DNA of 64,000 nt from Macrostomum lignano (taxonomy: Eukaryota), in assembly GCA_002269645.1 (NCBI GenBank), contig NIVC01001638.1, positions 62,001-126,000 on the forward strand, read 5' to 3'. The translations under genes were made by a program, and so were the position numbers. Numbering within the stretch: position 1 is the first letter of the stretch; every line of letters starts with the position of its first letter. Of this stretch, positions 10,645-43,650 are shown one piece after another. The notes below the pieces were generated by a model, which worked only from the letters and a program-made list of their open reading frames with translations, was not told the origin of the DNA and did no database searches.

Positions 10645-11660
10645 TAGGAATCCACTTTCTTAGAAACTGAAATGGAAGAATCCACTTTCTTAGAACCTGA
10701 GATAAAAGAATCCATTTTCTTAGAAACTGAGATAGAAGAATCCATTTTCTTAGAACCTGAGATAAAAGAATCCACTTTCTTAGAAACTGAAATGGAAGAA
10801 TCCACTTTCTTAGAAACTAAGATAGAAGAATCCACTTTCTTAGAACCTGAGATAAAAGAATCCATTTTCTTAGAAACTGAGATAAAAGAATCCACTTTCT
10901 TAGAAACTAAGATAGAAGAATCCACTTTCTTAGAACCTGAGATAAAAGAATCCATTTTCTTAGAAACTGAGATAAAAGAATCCACTTTCTTAGAAACTGA
11001 GATAGAAGAATCCATTTTCTTAGAACCTGAGATAAAAGAATCCATTTTCTTAGAAACTGAGATAGAAGAATCCATTTTCTTAGAACCTGAGATAAAAGAA
11101 TCCACTTTCTTAGAAACTGAAATGGAAGAATCCACTTTCTTAGAAACTAAGATAGAAGAATCCACTTTCTTAGAACCTGAGATAAAAGAATCCATTTTCT
11201 TAGAAACTGAGATAAAAGAATCCACTTTCTTAGAAACTGAGATAGAAGAATCCATTTTCTTAGAACCTGAGATAAAAGAATCCATTTTCTTAGAAACTGA
11301 GATAAAAGAATCCATTTTCTTAGAAACTGAGATAAAAGAATCCACTTTCTTAGAAACTGAGATAGAAGAATCCATTTTCTTAGAAACTGAAATGGAAGAA
11401 TCCACTTCCTTAGAAACTGAGATAAAAGAATCCATTTTCTTAGAACCTGAGATAAAAGAATCCATTTTCTTAGAAACTGAGATGGAAGAATCCACTTTCT
11501 TAGAAACTGAAATGGAAGAATCCACTTTCTTAGAAACTGAGATAGAAGAATCCACTTTCTTAGAAACTGAAATGGAAGAATCCATTTTCTTAGAAACTGA
11601 GACGGAAGAATCCACTTTCTTAGAAACTGAAATGGAAGAATCCACTTTCTTAGAAACTCT
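10645..11660. repeat. 30-bp satellite (TCCA(C/T)TTTCTTAGAAACTGAGATAGAAGAA) related to the SNUPN intron 1 array
   Basis: About 34 copies sharing TTTCTTAGAAA...GA(G/A)AT.GAAGAA with the intron 1 unit. Confidence 0.95.
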
Positions 11661-12104
11661 TTGATTTCTTAGAAACGCTGCATCAAAGTTTTGGCAGTAG
11701 CTTTAGTTCTGGTTCAGCTTAGGCTAATCATTTTTAAGCTGCTAATATTTGTCTTTGCCGAGTATTTTCGTCCTTAAAATAAAAAAATTTGCGTATGCAC
11801 GGCACTTGTTAATGATTTTGTCTTGTCCTATATTTTCCGAAATCTGCACGATTGTCATGCAGCTTTAACCTGCCTTATCACTTAACTAAATAAGTGAGTT
11901 ACTTTTTGTGATTGTATTTGCAAATAAAAAAACTATATGTGCTGATAAACTACTGTAGTATTTACTACTTAACACTCCGTGTGTTTCACTACTGTGGCCT
12001 GCTGTCTGCGATGCGAGTTCATCGTTTGCTTAAAATTTTTAGCAAAAAAAGGTGTTTCTTCTTTGTTTTTTCAAGATTTTCGCAAATCAACTTTTTCGGG
12101 GTCT

Positions 12105-12810
12105 CACTCTTGAAAATCTCACCCTTGACAGTCTTGCCTTTGAGAATCTCAACTTGGAGACTCTTGCCTTTGAAAATCTCACCCTTGACACTCTTGCCTT
12201 TGAGAATCTCAACCTGGAGACTCTTGCCTTTGAGGATCTCACCCTTGACACTCTTGCCTTTGAGAATCTCAACCTGGAGACTCTTGCCTTTGAGGATCTC
12301 ACCCTTGACACTCTTGCCTTTGAGAGTCTCACCCTTGACACTCTTGCCTTTGAGAATCTCACCCTTGACACTCTTGCCTTTGAGAATCTCAACCTGGAGA
12401 CTCTTGCCTTTGAGGATCTCACCCCTGAGAATCTCACCCTTGCGAATCTCAGCTTTAAGACTCTTTCCATTGAGGATCTCACCCTTGCGAATCTCAGCTT
12501 TAAGACTCTTTCCATTGAGAATCTCACCCTTGCGAATCTCAGCTTTAAGACTCTTTCCATTGAGAATCTCACCCTTGCGAATCTCAGCTTTAAGACTCTT
12601 TCCATTGAGAATCTCACCCTTGCGAATCTCAGCTTTAAGACTCTTTCCATTGAGAATCACAACCTTAAAATCGAGATGTCTATGGGACCTCAATGGGACT
12701 CTTCCCCTAGAGGATATCGCTCTTGAGGATCTCACCCTTGAGACTTCCCATTGAGAATCTCAAGCTTGAGAATATCACCCTTGCGAATCTTCCCCTTGAG
12801 AATCTGCCCA
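12105..12810. repeat. 15-bp-based minisatellite with 30- and 45-bp higher-order units (GAGAATCTCACCCTT...)
   Basis: Direct inspection of the sequence. Confidence 0.9.
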
Positions 12811-13137
12811 GACAATCTTCTCCTAGATTATCTGCCTCTCGATAAACCACCCTAGAAAATCTCCCCCCAGGATTATATCGTTTACTTCGAATGAAAATAA
12901 TTTTTCCATTCGTTACTTTTTACGAGCCTAAAATATGCCAGAGCTGAAGCTAATCTTGAACTCACAAAATTAGCTTGCTATTTCGCTCGTGTAAATAGAC
13001 GGTAGTGGCTCTGTAAATTATTTTTCATACTGAACTTTTATGAGAATGTGGGGTTGCATGGTCATTTTTCGTTGACTTATGCTGAAGTATATAATTCATT
13101 TTTGATTTAGTAAAACATTGGAAACCTTGGAGCCATT

Positions 13138-16100
13138 AATTCTCAGGCGCCAAAACCACAGATTCTCAGGCGCCAAAACCACAGATTCTCAGGCGCCAAA
13201 ACCACAAATTCTCAGGCGCCAAAACGACAGATTCTCAGGCGCCAAAACCACAGATTCTCAGGCGCCAAAATCTCGAATTCTCAGGCGCCAAAACCTCGAA
13301 TTCTCAGGCGCCAAAACCAAAGATTCTCATGCACCAAAACCACAGATTCTCAGGCGCCAAAATCTCGAATTCTCAGGCGCCAAAACCTCGAATTCTCAGG
13401 CGCCAAAACCACAGATTCTCATGCACCAAAACCACAGATTCTCAGGCGCCAAAATCTCGAATTCTCAGGCGCCAAAACCAAAGATTCTCATGCACCAAAA
13501 CCACAGATTCTCAGGCGCCAAAATCTCGAATTCTCAGGCGCCAAAACCTCGAATTCTCAGGCGCCAAAACCACAGATTCTCATGCACCAAAACCACAGAT
13601 TCTCAGGCGCCAAAATCTCGAATTCTCATGCGCCAAAACCACGGATTCTCGTGCATCAAAACCACGGATTCTCATGCGTCAAAACAGCGGATTCTCATGC
13701 GTCAAAACCACAGATTCTCATGCGTCAAAACCACGGATTCTCATGCGTCAAAACCACAGATTCTTAAGCGTCAAAACCACGGATTCTCATGCGTCAAAAC
13801 CACGGATTCTCATGCGTCAAAAACACAGATTCTCATGTGCCAAAACAGCAGATTCTCATGCATCAAAACCACGGATTCTCATGCGCCAAAACCACAGATT
13901 CTCAGGCGCCAAAATCTCGAATTCTCAGGCGCCAAAACCTCGAATTCTCAGGCGCCAAAACCAAAGATTCTCATGCACCAAAACCACAGATTCTCAGGCG
14001 CCAAAATCTCGAATTCTCAGGCGCCAAAACCTCGAATTCTCAGGCGCCAAAACCACAGATTCTCATGCACCAAAACCACAGATTCTCAGGCGCCAAAATC
14101 TCGAATTCTCAGGCGCCAAAACCAAAGATTCTCATGCACCAAAACCACAGATTCTCAGGCGCCAAAATCTCGAATTCTCAGGCGCCAAAACCTCGAATTC
14201 TCAGGCGCCAAAACCACAGATTCTCATGCACCAAAACCACAGATTCTCAGGCGCCAAAATCTCGAATTCTCATGCGCCAAAACCACGGATTCTCGTGCAT
14301 CAAAACCACGGATTCTCATGCGTCAAAACAGCGGATTCTCATGCGTCAAAACCACAGATTCTCATGCGTCAAAACCACGGATTCTCATGCGTCAAAACCA
14401 CAGATTCTTAAGCGTCAAAACCACGGATTCTCATGCGTCAAAACCACGGATTCTCATGCGTCAAAAACACAGATTCTCATGTGCCAAAACAGCAGATTCT
14501 CATGCATCAAAACCACGGATTCTCATGCGCCAAAACCACGGATTCTCATGCGTCAAAACCACGGATTCTCATGCGTCAAAACCACAGATTCTTAAGCGTC
14601 AAAACCACAGATTCTCATGCGCCAAAACCACGGATTCTCATGCGCCAAAACCACGGATTCTCATGCGCCAAAACCACGGATTCTCATGTGCCAAAACCAC
14701 AGATTCTTAAGCGTCAAAACCACAGATTCTCATGCGTCAAAACCACGGATTCTCATGCGTCAAAACCACAGATTCTCATGCGTCAAAACCACGGATTCTC
14801 ATGCGTCAAAACCACGGATTCCCATGCGTCAAAACCACAGATTCTTAAGCGTCAAAACCACAGATTCTCATGCGTCAAAACCACGGATTCTCATGCGCCA
14901 AAACCACGGATTCTCATGCGCCAAAACCACGGATTCTCATGTGCCAAAACAGCAGATTCTCATGCATCAAAACCGCGGATTCTCATGCGTCAAAACCACA
15001 GATTCTCATGCGTCAAAACCACAGATTCTCATGCGTCAAAACCACGGATTCTTATGCGTCAAAACCACGGATTCTCATGCGTCAAAACCACGGATTCTCA
15101 TGCGCCAAAACCACGGATTCTCATGTGCCAAAACAGCAGATTCTCATGCGTCAAAACCACGGATTCTCATGCGTCAAAACCACAGATTCTTAAGCGTCAA
15201 AACCACGGATTCTCATGCGTCAAAACCACGGATTCTCATGCGTCAAAAACACAGATTCTCATGTGCCAAAACAGCAGATTCTCATGCATCAAAACCACGG
15301 ATTCTCATGCGCCAAAACCACGGATTCTCATGTGCCAAAACAGCAGATTCTCATGCATCAAAACCACGGATTCTCATGCGTCAAAACCACGGATTCTCAT
15401 GCGTCAAAACCACGGATTCTCATGCGTCAAAACCACAGATTCTTAAGCGTCAAAACCACAGATTCTCATGCGCCAAAACCACGGATTCTCATGCGCCAAA
15501 ACCACGGATTCTCATGCGCCAAAACCACGGATTCTCATGTGCCAAAACCACAGATTCTTAAGCGTCAAAACCACAGATTCTCATGCGTCAAAACCACGGA
15601 TTCTCATGCGTCAAAACCACAGATTCTCATGCGTCAAAACCACGGATTCTCATGCGTCAAAACCACGGATTCTCATGCGTCAAAACCACAGATTCTCATG
15701 CGCCAAAACCACGGATTCTCATGCGCCAAAACCACGGATTCTCATGTGCCAAAACAGCAGATTCTCATGCATCAAAACCGCGGATTCTCATGCGTCAAAA
15801 CCACGGATTCTCATGCGCCAAAACCACGGATTCTCATGTGCCAAAACAGCAGATTCTCATGCATCAAAACCGCGGATTCTCATGCGTCAAAACCACAGAT
15901 TCTCATGCGTCAAAACCACAGATTCTCATGCGTCAAAACCACGGATTCTTATGCGTCAAAACCACGGATTCTCATGCGTCAAAACCACGGATTCTCATGC
16001 GCCAAAACCACGGATTCTCATGTGCCAAAACAGCAGATTCTCATGCGTCAAAACCACGGATTCTCATGCGTCAAAACCACAGATTCTTAAGCGTCAAAAC

Positions 16101-16976
16101 CACGGATTCTCATGCGTCAAAACCACGGATTCTCATGCGTCAAAAACACAGATTCTCATGTGCCAAAACAGCAGATTCTCATGCATCAAAACCACGGATT
16201 CTCATGCGCCAAAACCACGGATTCTCATGTGCCAAAACAGCAGATTCTCATGCATCAAAACCACGGATTCTCATGCGTCAAAACCACGGATTCTCATGCG
16301 TCAAAACCACGGATTCTCATGCGTCAAAACCACAGATTCTTAAGCGTCAAAACCACAGATTCTCATGCGCCAAAACCACGGATTCTCATGCGCCAAAACC
16401 ACGGATTCTCATGCGCCAAAACCACGGATTCTCATGTGCCAAAACCACAGATTCTTAAGCGTCAAAACCACAGATTCTCATGCGTCAAAACCACAGATTC
16501 TCATGCGTCAAAACCACGGATTCTCATGCGTCAAAACCACGGATTCTCATGCGTCAAAACCACAGATTCTCATGCGCCAAAACCACGGATTCTCATGCGC
16601 CAAAACCACGGATTCTCATGTGCCAAAACAGCAGATTCTCATGCATCAAAACCGCGGATTCTCATGCGTCAAAACCACAGATTCTCATGCGTCAAAACCA
16701 CAGATTCTCATGCGTCAAAACCACGGATTCTTATGCGTCAAAACCACGGATTCTCATGCGTCAAAACCACGGATTCTCATGCGCCAAAACCACGGATTCT
16801 CATGTGCCAAAACCACAGATTCTCATGCGTCAAAACCACAGATTCTCATGCGTCAAAACCACGGATTCTTATGCGTCAAAACCACGGATTCTCATGCGTC
16901 AAAACCACGGATTCTCATGCGCCAAAACCACGGATTCTCATGTGCCAAAACAGCAGATTCTCATGCGTCAAAACCC
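13138..16976. repeat. 23-bp satellite, ~165 copies, with higher-order repeats
   Basis: The unit TTCTCAGGCGCCAAAACCACAGA grades into TTCTCATGCGTCAAAACCACGGA. A marker variant recurs at 644-bp and 897-bp spacing. Confidence 0.97.
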
Positions 16977-17499
16977 TAAATTTTTTATAACTTTCGGCGC
17001 CGAAAGCACTGATTATAAACTCAACACTATATGGATGGATTACCCATTTACGCTCAATCTGTAGTGCATGCTAATTATTGTCTCGTCTATAACGTATTTA
17101 TCTTTAATCCTTTAATTAGCAAACATCTTCCATGCTGCACCTGGCGCCTCTGGGAGTCGATCTCGTTCGTATATTACATATTTATCCCAAGTCACGATGC
17201 TACTATAAATCACGACTGACTGTTGGAGTGTGTGCTTTTTTCAATATGAAATTCTGCATCAACCCCTGGGAGGTCACGTTTGGGATCTGCGTTCGAGGAT
17301 AATGAAATAGGAAATTAGGGGAAGATGCTGTGGATCGTTTGTAGCTAAAAACAAGTATTGCGTTAGAATTTCGATTTTGAGTAGTGCCTTGGAGTTTTCT
17401 AAACATATAAAAATCAAAACTCGGTCTTAATAAATATTTTGGTGTGGGAAGGAACTGCAGACGTGGACAGTCAGTAAACAAGAATAGTTAAAGAATATA

Positions 17500-17935
17500 G
17501 GGGCGCCATCGAGATCCTTAGGGGCGCCATTGCTATCCTAGGGTGCCATTGCTATCCTAGGGGCGCCATTGCTATATTAGGGGCGCCATCGCTATCCTAG
17601 GGGCGCCATAAAGATCATAGGGGCGCCATTGCTATCCTAGGGGGTGCCATTACTATCCTAGGGGTGCCATTGCTATCCTAGGGGCGCCATTGCTATCCTA
17701 GGGGGTGCCATTGCTATCCTAGGGGCGCCATTGCTATCCTAGGGGGTGCCATTGCTATCCTAGGGGGCGCCATTGCTATCCTAGGGGCGCCATTGCTATC
17801 CTAGGGGCGCCATTGCTATCCTAGGGGTGCCATTGCTATCCTAGGGGCGCCATTGCTATCCTAGGGGCGCCATCGCTATCCTAGGGGCGCCATTGCTATC
17901 CTAGGGGCGCCATTGCTATCCTAGGGGCGCTATAA
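17500..17935. repeat. ~20-bp minisatellite (GGGGCGCCATTGCTATCCTA)
   Basis: Direct inspection of the sequence. Confidence 0.93.
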
Positions 17936-18315
17936 ACATCTCTTCGAACGGTTAATATCTTGAACACGGCCAGGTAATGCCGGGCCCCCATTGGACAAGA
18001 CCATAAATATACATCTAAGAGATTTTTGGGCGGGGCAGGAGACCAGGTCAGTTGATCGCTTTCTGAACAGGCAAGATACACGCATGGCAGGGTTTTTGGC
18101 TTCGGTTGTGAGACCGCAGATTGGATGCACCCGCCTTCGCCACCGCTCCTGGGGACACTGCAACAGGTGCCTTGTCTCCCTAGCCAATCATGCTCATACC
18201 TTCCTTTACATCCTTGGTGCCTAAAAGCACAGGTCTGGGAGCCCGAGCGAGATCTCTCCTATCTCCGCCTCATCAATATCCAGCATCTTCAAACAGCCCC
18301 CTCCCTCCCCCCAAC

Positions 18316-37870
<19,555 letters not shown>

Positions 37871-38631
37871 AAATTAAGATAATAGAATCGTCCAGACTAC
37901 TGAATCTCAATAGTACTATATGTAGTACGTGTTTTTCTAAAATATCAAAAAATCTTATTAAATAAGGTTCTGTCAGCTCTCTATTGTCAAAAAAAACAAA
38001 ATTAGCTCTGCGTTTTTGTCCTTGTTTTGTACTTTTATTCACCTCTGTTAGTGGTTCGATTCGGCCATCGTAAAGCAGTTTAAGTTGGATTTAATTTTTA
38101 TAGGGTTATAAGCTTTTGGGGTGTCCAGGGGCTTTCAAGGGTGTCTAAAGGTTTTTTAGGGTGTCCGAGGGGTTTCAGGGGTGTCCGGGGATTTTAGGGA
38201 TGTCCGAGGGGTTTAGGGATGTCCAAAAGGGGCTTCAGGGGCTCTGGTGTGTTTTAGGGGTGTGTCCGGAGGGTTTTAGATGGTTTTAAGAAACTAAGAT
38301 GGTTTAATGCTGTCCGGGCAGGGCTTAGGGGTGTCCGGGTATCCAGGTGTCCAGGTTTTAGGGGTATACAGGTAAATAAATATAACAAAAAAAAGCGTTT
38401 TTTCGTCTTGTCCTGCGGCTTCATTCATAGCGTACTTATACATATATGTACCTTATTAGTAAAAGTAAAACGATACTTCACTATCTGATATTCTGTATAA
38501 TAAATTTGACTCCTATAGTAACAAAAAAAAATAAATTATGGGTCGTAATAACAACTGTTCGTTCACGACCAGAAATTAAACAACGAATTTTGTGTTTTAA
38601 CTGTTTTATGACGAATATTGTAATGTTTTCA

Positions 38632-38750
38632 GGGGGTTGCAGCCTGTTAGAGCGCCAGACTCACGAATAGAAGGTGGGGGGGGGGTGGGGTTCGATCCCG
38701 ATCCCACTGGAACAATTTGTGCCCTTGAGCAAGACTAGAACCCCTGAAGT
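38632..38750 (+). mobile_element. Diverged, truncated copy of the CORE-type SINE
   Basis: GGGGGTTGCAGCC...GGTTCGATCCC...ACTGGAACAATTTGTGCCCTTGAGCAAGAC. Confidence 0.75.
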
Positions 38751-39429
38751 TTTTAGTAGACTGTCAGCATATTATTGATAAATAAATAAATTAATTAAAA
38801 ACATTTTTATGAAGAGTTTGTGTGTACAAACAGTATTTATAATGATAATAATTTATTATCGTTTATTAGGCTACTAAACGCTTCATAATTAAAATGATTG
38901 TATCTTTTACTTCAATGAAACTGTTTATCATATCATGCGAGTAGCTGACATAGACAGGGGTTCCTGGAAAATCATAGCAGTACACAACACTATTCAGTAC
39001 TGTACATAAGTACATATATAATTACAAAATTGACTGGAAAGACCAATTTAAGTGCTATGCATGCTAAAAAAATATTTTATAAACTGAAGTTCAACAATCG
39101 TGGACAATTGACAAAATATACTGAACAACATCTAATATTTGCGGCGTTTATAGCGGACAGGAGAACAGAATAATCATCTTATATGGTATTAAAAAACGTA
39201 AGCAAAAACGACACACACACACAGACACAGGTATTTACACACGAACACTCAAGTGCCTGTCTGGATGACGTTAAATTTCAATGCTAATAAGTCTGCAAAG
39301 GCTGCAATACCTTATCGTACATACAAACTTTAATTAGCAACCAAATGTACACATCAGCTTTAAAATATACTGAAATGTACAACCAAGCCTTTATGTACAC
39401 TCAAACGTACATATACAGGCCTTAATGTA

Positions 39430-39960
39430 CACCCTCATGTACGTACAAGCCAAGATGTACACCCAAATGTACACACAAGCCTCAGTGTACACCTAAATGT
39501 ACACACAAGCCTCAGTGTACACCCAAATGTACATACAAGCCTCAGTGTTACACCCAAATGTACATACAAGCCTCAGTGTACACCCAAATGTACATACAAG
39601 CCACAGTGTACACCCAAATGTACATACAAGCCTCAGTGTTACACCCAAATGTACATACAAGCCTCAGTGTACACCCAAATGTACATACAAGCCACAGTGT
39701 ACACCCAAATGTACATACAAGCCTCAGTGTACACCCAAATGTACATAAAAGCCACAGTGTACACCCAAATGTACATACAAGCCTCAGTGTACACCAAAAT
39801 GTACATACAAGCCTCAGTGTACACCCAAATGTACATAAAAGCCACAGTGTACACCCAAATGTACATACAAGCCTAAGTGTACACCCAAATGTACATGCAA
39901 GCCTCAGTGTTCACCCAAATGTACATACAAGCCTCAGTGTACACATAAAATGTACACAGC
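39430..39960. repeat. 30-bp minisatellite (GTGTACACCCAAATGTACATACAAGCCTCA)
   Basis: Direct inspection of the sequence. Confidence 0.92.
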
Positions 39961-40033
39961 AATAGCATAGCAACACACCCAAATGTACACAGGAAACCCC
40001 CAATAATCGACTATCAGTCATATCATATCACAG

Positions 40034-41527
40034 TCAGGATTCGCTTGAGCTGTCAAGCTGCATAGCGGAGCTCTCGCCATCGCCGGCGCTGTTGCACCTG
40101 CCGGGCTGCAGCACCAGGTGTAAGAAATTATCGGGATAAGCCAGCTTATCGTAGGCCCAAGCCAACGGCGTCTCCATTGGCAACGAGACGCCGTGCGTTG
40201 CCAATGTGACCGGATCGGTGAAATTTGGCAGACAAATTCTTAATAGGTCCGATAAGGTCAACGGAGTTGAGTCTTCACGGTGAGGCTTGGCCAGGCACTG
40301 CAGAACAGACAGGCCGCCTGCGGGATGGCAGAGAGTTAAAGGCGATTCTCAGGTGAGATTTTAGGCAGGGCGAATTTTAGAGGAGATTTTAGGCAGGGCG
40401 ATTCTTAAAGGAGATTTGAGGCAGAGCGATTCTCAGGTGAGATTTTAGGCAGAGCGATTCTCAGGTGAGATTTTAGGCAAGGCGATTTCCGGGTGAGTTT
40501 AAAAGGCGATTCTCAGGTGAGATTTTAGGCAAGGCGATTCTCGGGTGAGTTTAAAAGGCGATTCTCAGGTGAGATTTTAGGAAAGGCGATTCTCCGGTGA
40601 GATTTTAGGCAGGGCGATTCCCAGGTGAGATTTTAGACAGCGATTCCCAGGTGAGATTTTAGACAGAGCGATTCTCAGGTGAGATTTTAGACAGGGCGAT
40701 TCTCGGGTGAGTTTAAAAAACGATTCTCAGGTGAGATTTTAGGAAAGGCGATTCTCAGGTGAGATCTTAGGCAGGGCGATTCTGAGATGAGATTTTAGGC
40801 AGGGCGATTCTCAGGTGAGATTTAAGGCAGAGCGATTCTCAGGTGAGATTTTAGGCAGGGCGATTCTCAGGTGAGATTAAAAGGCGATTCTCAGTAGCAT
40901 GGAGATTAAAGAAGCGATACTTAGGATTAATTTAGGACACTTCTCCCCACGCTTACCATCGGCTTCCTGCTGATAGATACGAAACGGCAAGTACTTGGCT
41001 TCGCCTTCCATCAATTTCCGGTTGACAACTGAGAACTGATCGAACTGATCATTCAGCAGACCCTGCCAAAGCTGGCGATGCTCCCGCTCGCCCATCTCGT
41101 TAATCACCCGAGCCCGGTGCTTCAAAGCGTCCGCCTCCTTGAGGCAATACAGAAAATACGATTCCAAACTGTTATTAGGTCCGAAGGATACTAGTTCGTC
41201 AGTTGGAAAGTCGCGAGTTCGAATCTCCACTTCCCATGGCAACGGAGGAGGTTTCGGTCGTTCCAAATCGTACAGGAGGCCGACTGGTAGGTGCCAGCGA
41301 AGTGGACGACCGGCGCTGCGAAGCCAAAGCTGTTGAGCACCTGGGGAGTCCTCGTCAATTCCGGCGTGCCGCGACAGGTGCGCCCGGAGCCGGTCCAGCA
41401 GAGCGGGGAAGTAGCCGACTCGAGGCACCAGCGAGTAGAGCGGCGGCACGTCTGGGTCTTCGGGCAGAACGAAACAGACAGGCAGCTTGCCGTCCCACAC
41501 CTGGCGTTGAATAGAGTCCGGGGTCGT
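40034..41527 (-). CDS. ATG5: Autophagy protein 5
   Basis: Exons 41527-40957 and 40317-40034, joined by a phase-1 intron (GTAAGC...CCCGCAG). Motifs: RQVWDGKLPVCF, VPRVGYF, PLRWHLPVGLLYDL, LPWEV, CLKEADALKH, QLWQGL..DQFDQF..VNRKLME, YLPFRIY, ETPLAW..DKLAYPDNFLH. The source of the initiator Met is uncertain (see findings). Confidence 0.93.
40340..40895. repeat. ~28-bp minisatellite (GGCGATTCTCAGGTGAGATTTTAGGCAG) in the ATG5 intron
   Basis: Direct inspection of the sequence. Confidence 0.9.
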
Positions 41528-41594
41528 CTGCGGGGCGTTGGCGGGGGTGCAGGATGGCGTGTGACCCTTATACGACCATAAATTGTAATTTTTG

Positions 41595-42240
41595 ACCTTC
41601 ATATGACCCAGAGCTGTGACTCATTGACTTTTATAAAGACCTTAACCAGTGATTCTTTAACCTTCACATGACCTTAACCAGTGATTCTCTGACCTTCACA
41701 TGACCCTAAGCTATGATTGTTTGACTTTCATAAGACCCTAAGCTATGATTGTTTGACCCTTATATGACCTTAACCTGTGATTCTTAGACCTTCATACAAC
41801 CTTAACCTGCGATTGTTTGACCTTCACATGACTCAAGCAGTCATGTGCTGCTTCAGTCCTGTGAGCTGTGATTGTTTGACCTTTACATGACCCTAAGCTA
41901 TAATTGCTTGACCTTCATATGACCCTAAGCTATGATTGTTTGACCTTCATATGAACTTAACCTGTGATTCTTTGACCTTCATACAACCTTAAACTGCGGT
42001 TGTTTGACCTTTACATGACCCTAAGCTATGATTGCTTGACCTTCATAAGACCCTAAGCAATGATTGTTTGACCTTCACATGACCCTAAGCTATGATTGCT
42101 TGACCTTCATAAGACCCTAAGTTATGATTGTTTGACTTTTATATGACCTTAAACTGTGATTCTTTGACCTTCATACAACGTTAACCTGCAATTGTTTGAC
42201 CTTCACATGACCCTAAGCTGTGATTACTTGACCTTCATAA
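41595..42240. repeat. ~31-bp minisatellite (TGACCTTCACATGACCCTAAGCTATGATTG..)
   Basis: Direct inspection of the sequence. Confidence 0.88.
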
Positions 42241-42392
42241 TAATAATAATTGATTGAACTGAAGCAATTCAGAGTTAAGTGTCTTGCTTAAGGACATAAA
42301 TTGTTCCAGTGGGTCAAGAATCGAACCAACAACCGACAACCAACAACCAAGCGTCGAGAGTCCGACGCTCTGACCACTAGGCTACAACCCCT
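42238..42392 (-). mobile_element. 3'-truncated CORE-type SINE copy ending in (TTA)n
   Basis: Reverse complement: GGGGTTGTAGCCTAGTGGTCAGAGCGTCGGACT...GGTTCGATTC...GCAAGACACTTAACTCTGAATTGCTTCAG. Confidence 0.82.
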
Positions 42393-43189
42393 TCCTTCCA
42401 AACCCTACAACCCCCTGACCTTCATAAGACCTCAAACTGTAACTCCAATTTACTTTATGCGACCTTAAGCCATGATTATTTGACCTGCAATTGACATTTG
42501 GCCTTCGATTACTTGACCTTAAAATGACCCCAACTTTGACCACAATAAAAAGATTCCAAGTCTATTTTAAAATCGATAAAAATGAGTATATATGGATATA
42601 TGTCATATATTATTAAGGCGGTGGTATCTGCAGGTGATACAAACAAAAGCATATAGATACATCATTATAAGCAGTTTAGATATAAAAACAGAACTTAATA
42701 AAAACATTGAATAAAAGAAGACAATTATGTACAAAACAGTTGCCTAATAATCAGTGAAAGGCCGCAGTTAAATATTTAATTTAAAAACCTGCTCAAGTTA
42801 ACATTAATGCACAATATGCAGGAGAAAGTGTAATATAAGTATTGCATTAGTAGTAAAAATCAAGCAGTAATAACAAGTTCGGCATAAAATAAACATTTTC
42901 GCTACTTGAAGTAGAATAAAAGAATTATATATTTTTTCGTAATTTAGTCTACAGTCATTGTGAAGTTGAAAGATGTGTATTTGAAGAAATTAAACATAAA
43001 TAATTGAAAAAGGGCACAGCTGGAAAACTAAGATTAACTTTGTAATCGGAGCAAGGCAAGTGCGCTGTGCAATTCTTACTACAGTTAATAAAACAATTAT
43101 TAATACATAACAAAATATGCGCTTTTACTACAAAGGCAACCATGGTGTTTAGGACTTGAGATCTTTTAGGGGATTAGACTAGAATAGAT

Positions 43190-43650
43190 TTGGGATCTGG
43201 GACTTTGAGGATGGGGATCTGGGATTTTGAGGATGTGGATCTGAGATTTTGAGAGTGGAGATCTGGGATTTTGATAATGAGGATCTGGGATTTTGATAAT
43301 GAAGATCTGGGATTTTGATAATGAGGATCTGGGATTTTGATAATGAAGATCTGGGATTTTGATAATGAGGATCTGGGATTTTGATAATGAGGATCTGGGA
43401 TTTTGATAATGAAGATCTGGGATTTTGATAATGAGGATCTGGGATTTTGATAATGAGGATCTGGGTTTTTGATAATGAGGATCTGGGATTTTGATAACGT
43501 GGATCTGGAGTTTTGAGATCTGGGGATTTTGATAATGGGGATCTTTGATATTGATAATGGGGATCTAGGATTCGAAGGATGGGATCTGGGATTTTGAGAA
43601 TGGGGATTTGAGATTCAAAAATGGGGATTTGGGATGTTGGGATTTTAGAA
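43190..43650. repeat. 22-bp minisatellite (GATCTGGGATTTTGATAATGAG)
   Basis: Direct inspection of the sequence. Confidence 0.9.

Noticed and set aside
13118-17064. Many overlapping 200-530-aa ORFs
   Set aside because: They are translations of the 23-bp satellite that rotate through all three frames, with no domain or splice support.
41139-41581. Plus-strand ORFs overlapping ATG5, and similar antisense ORFs over BMPR1, GATD3 and the LINE
   Set aside because: These are shadow ORFs of GC-rich coding sequence on the opposite strand.
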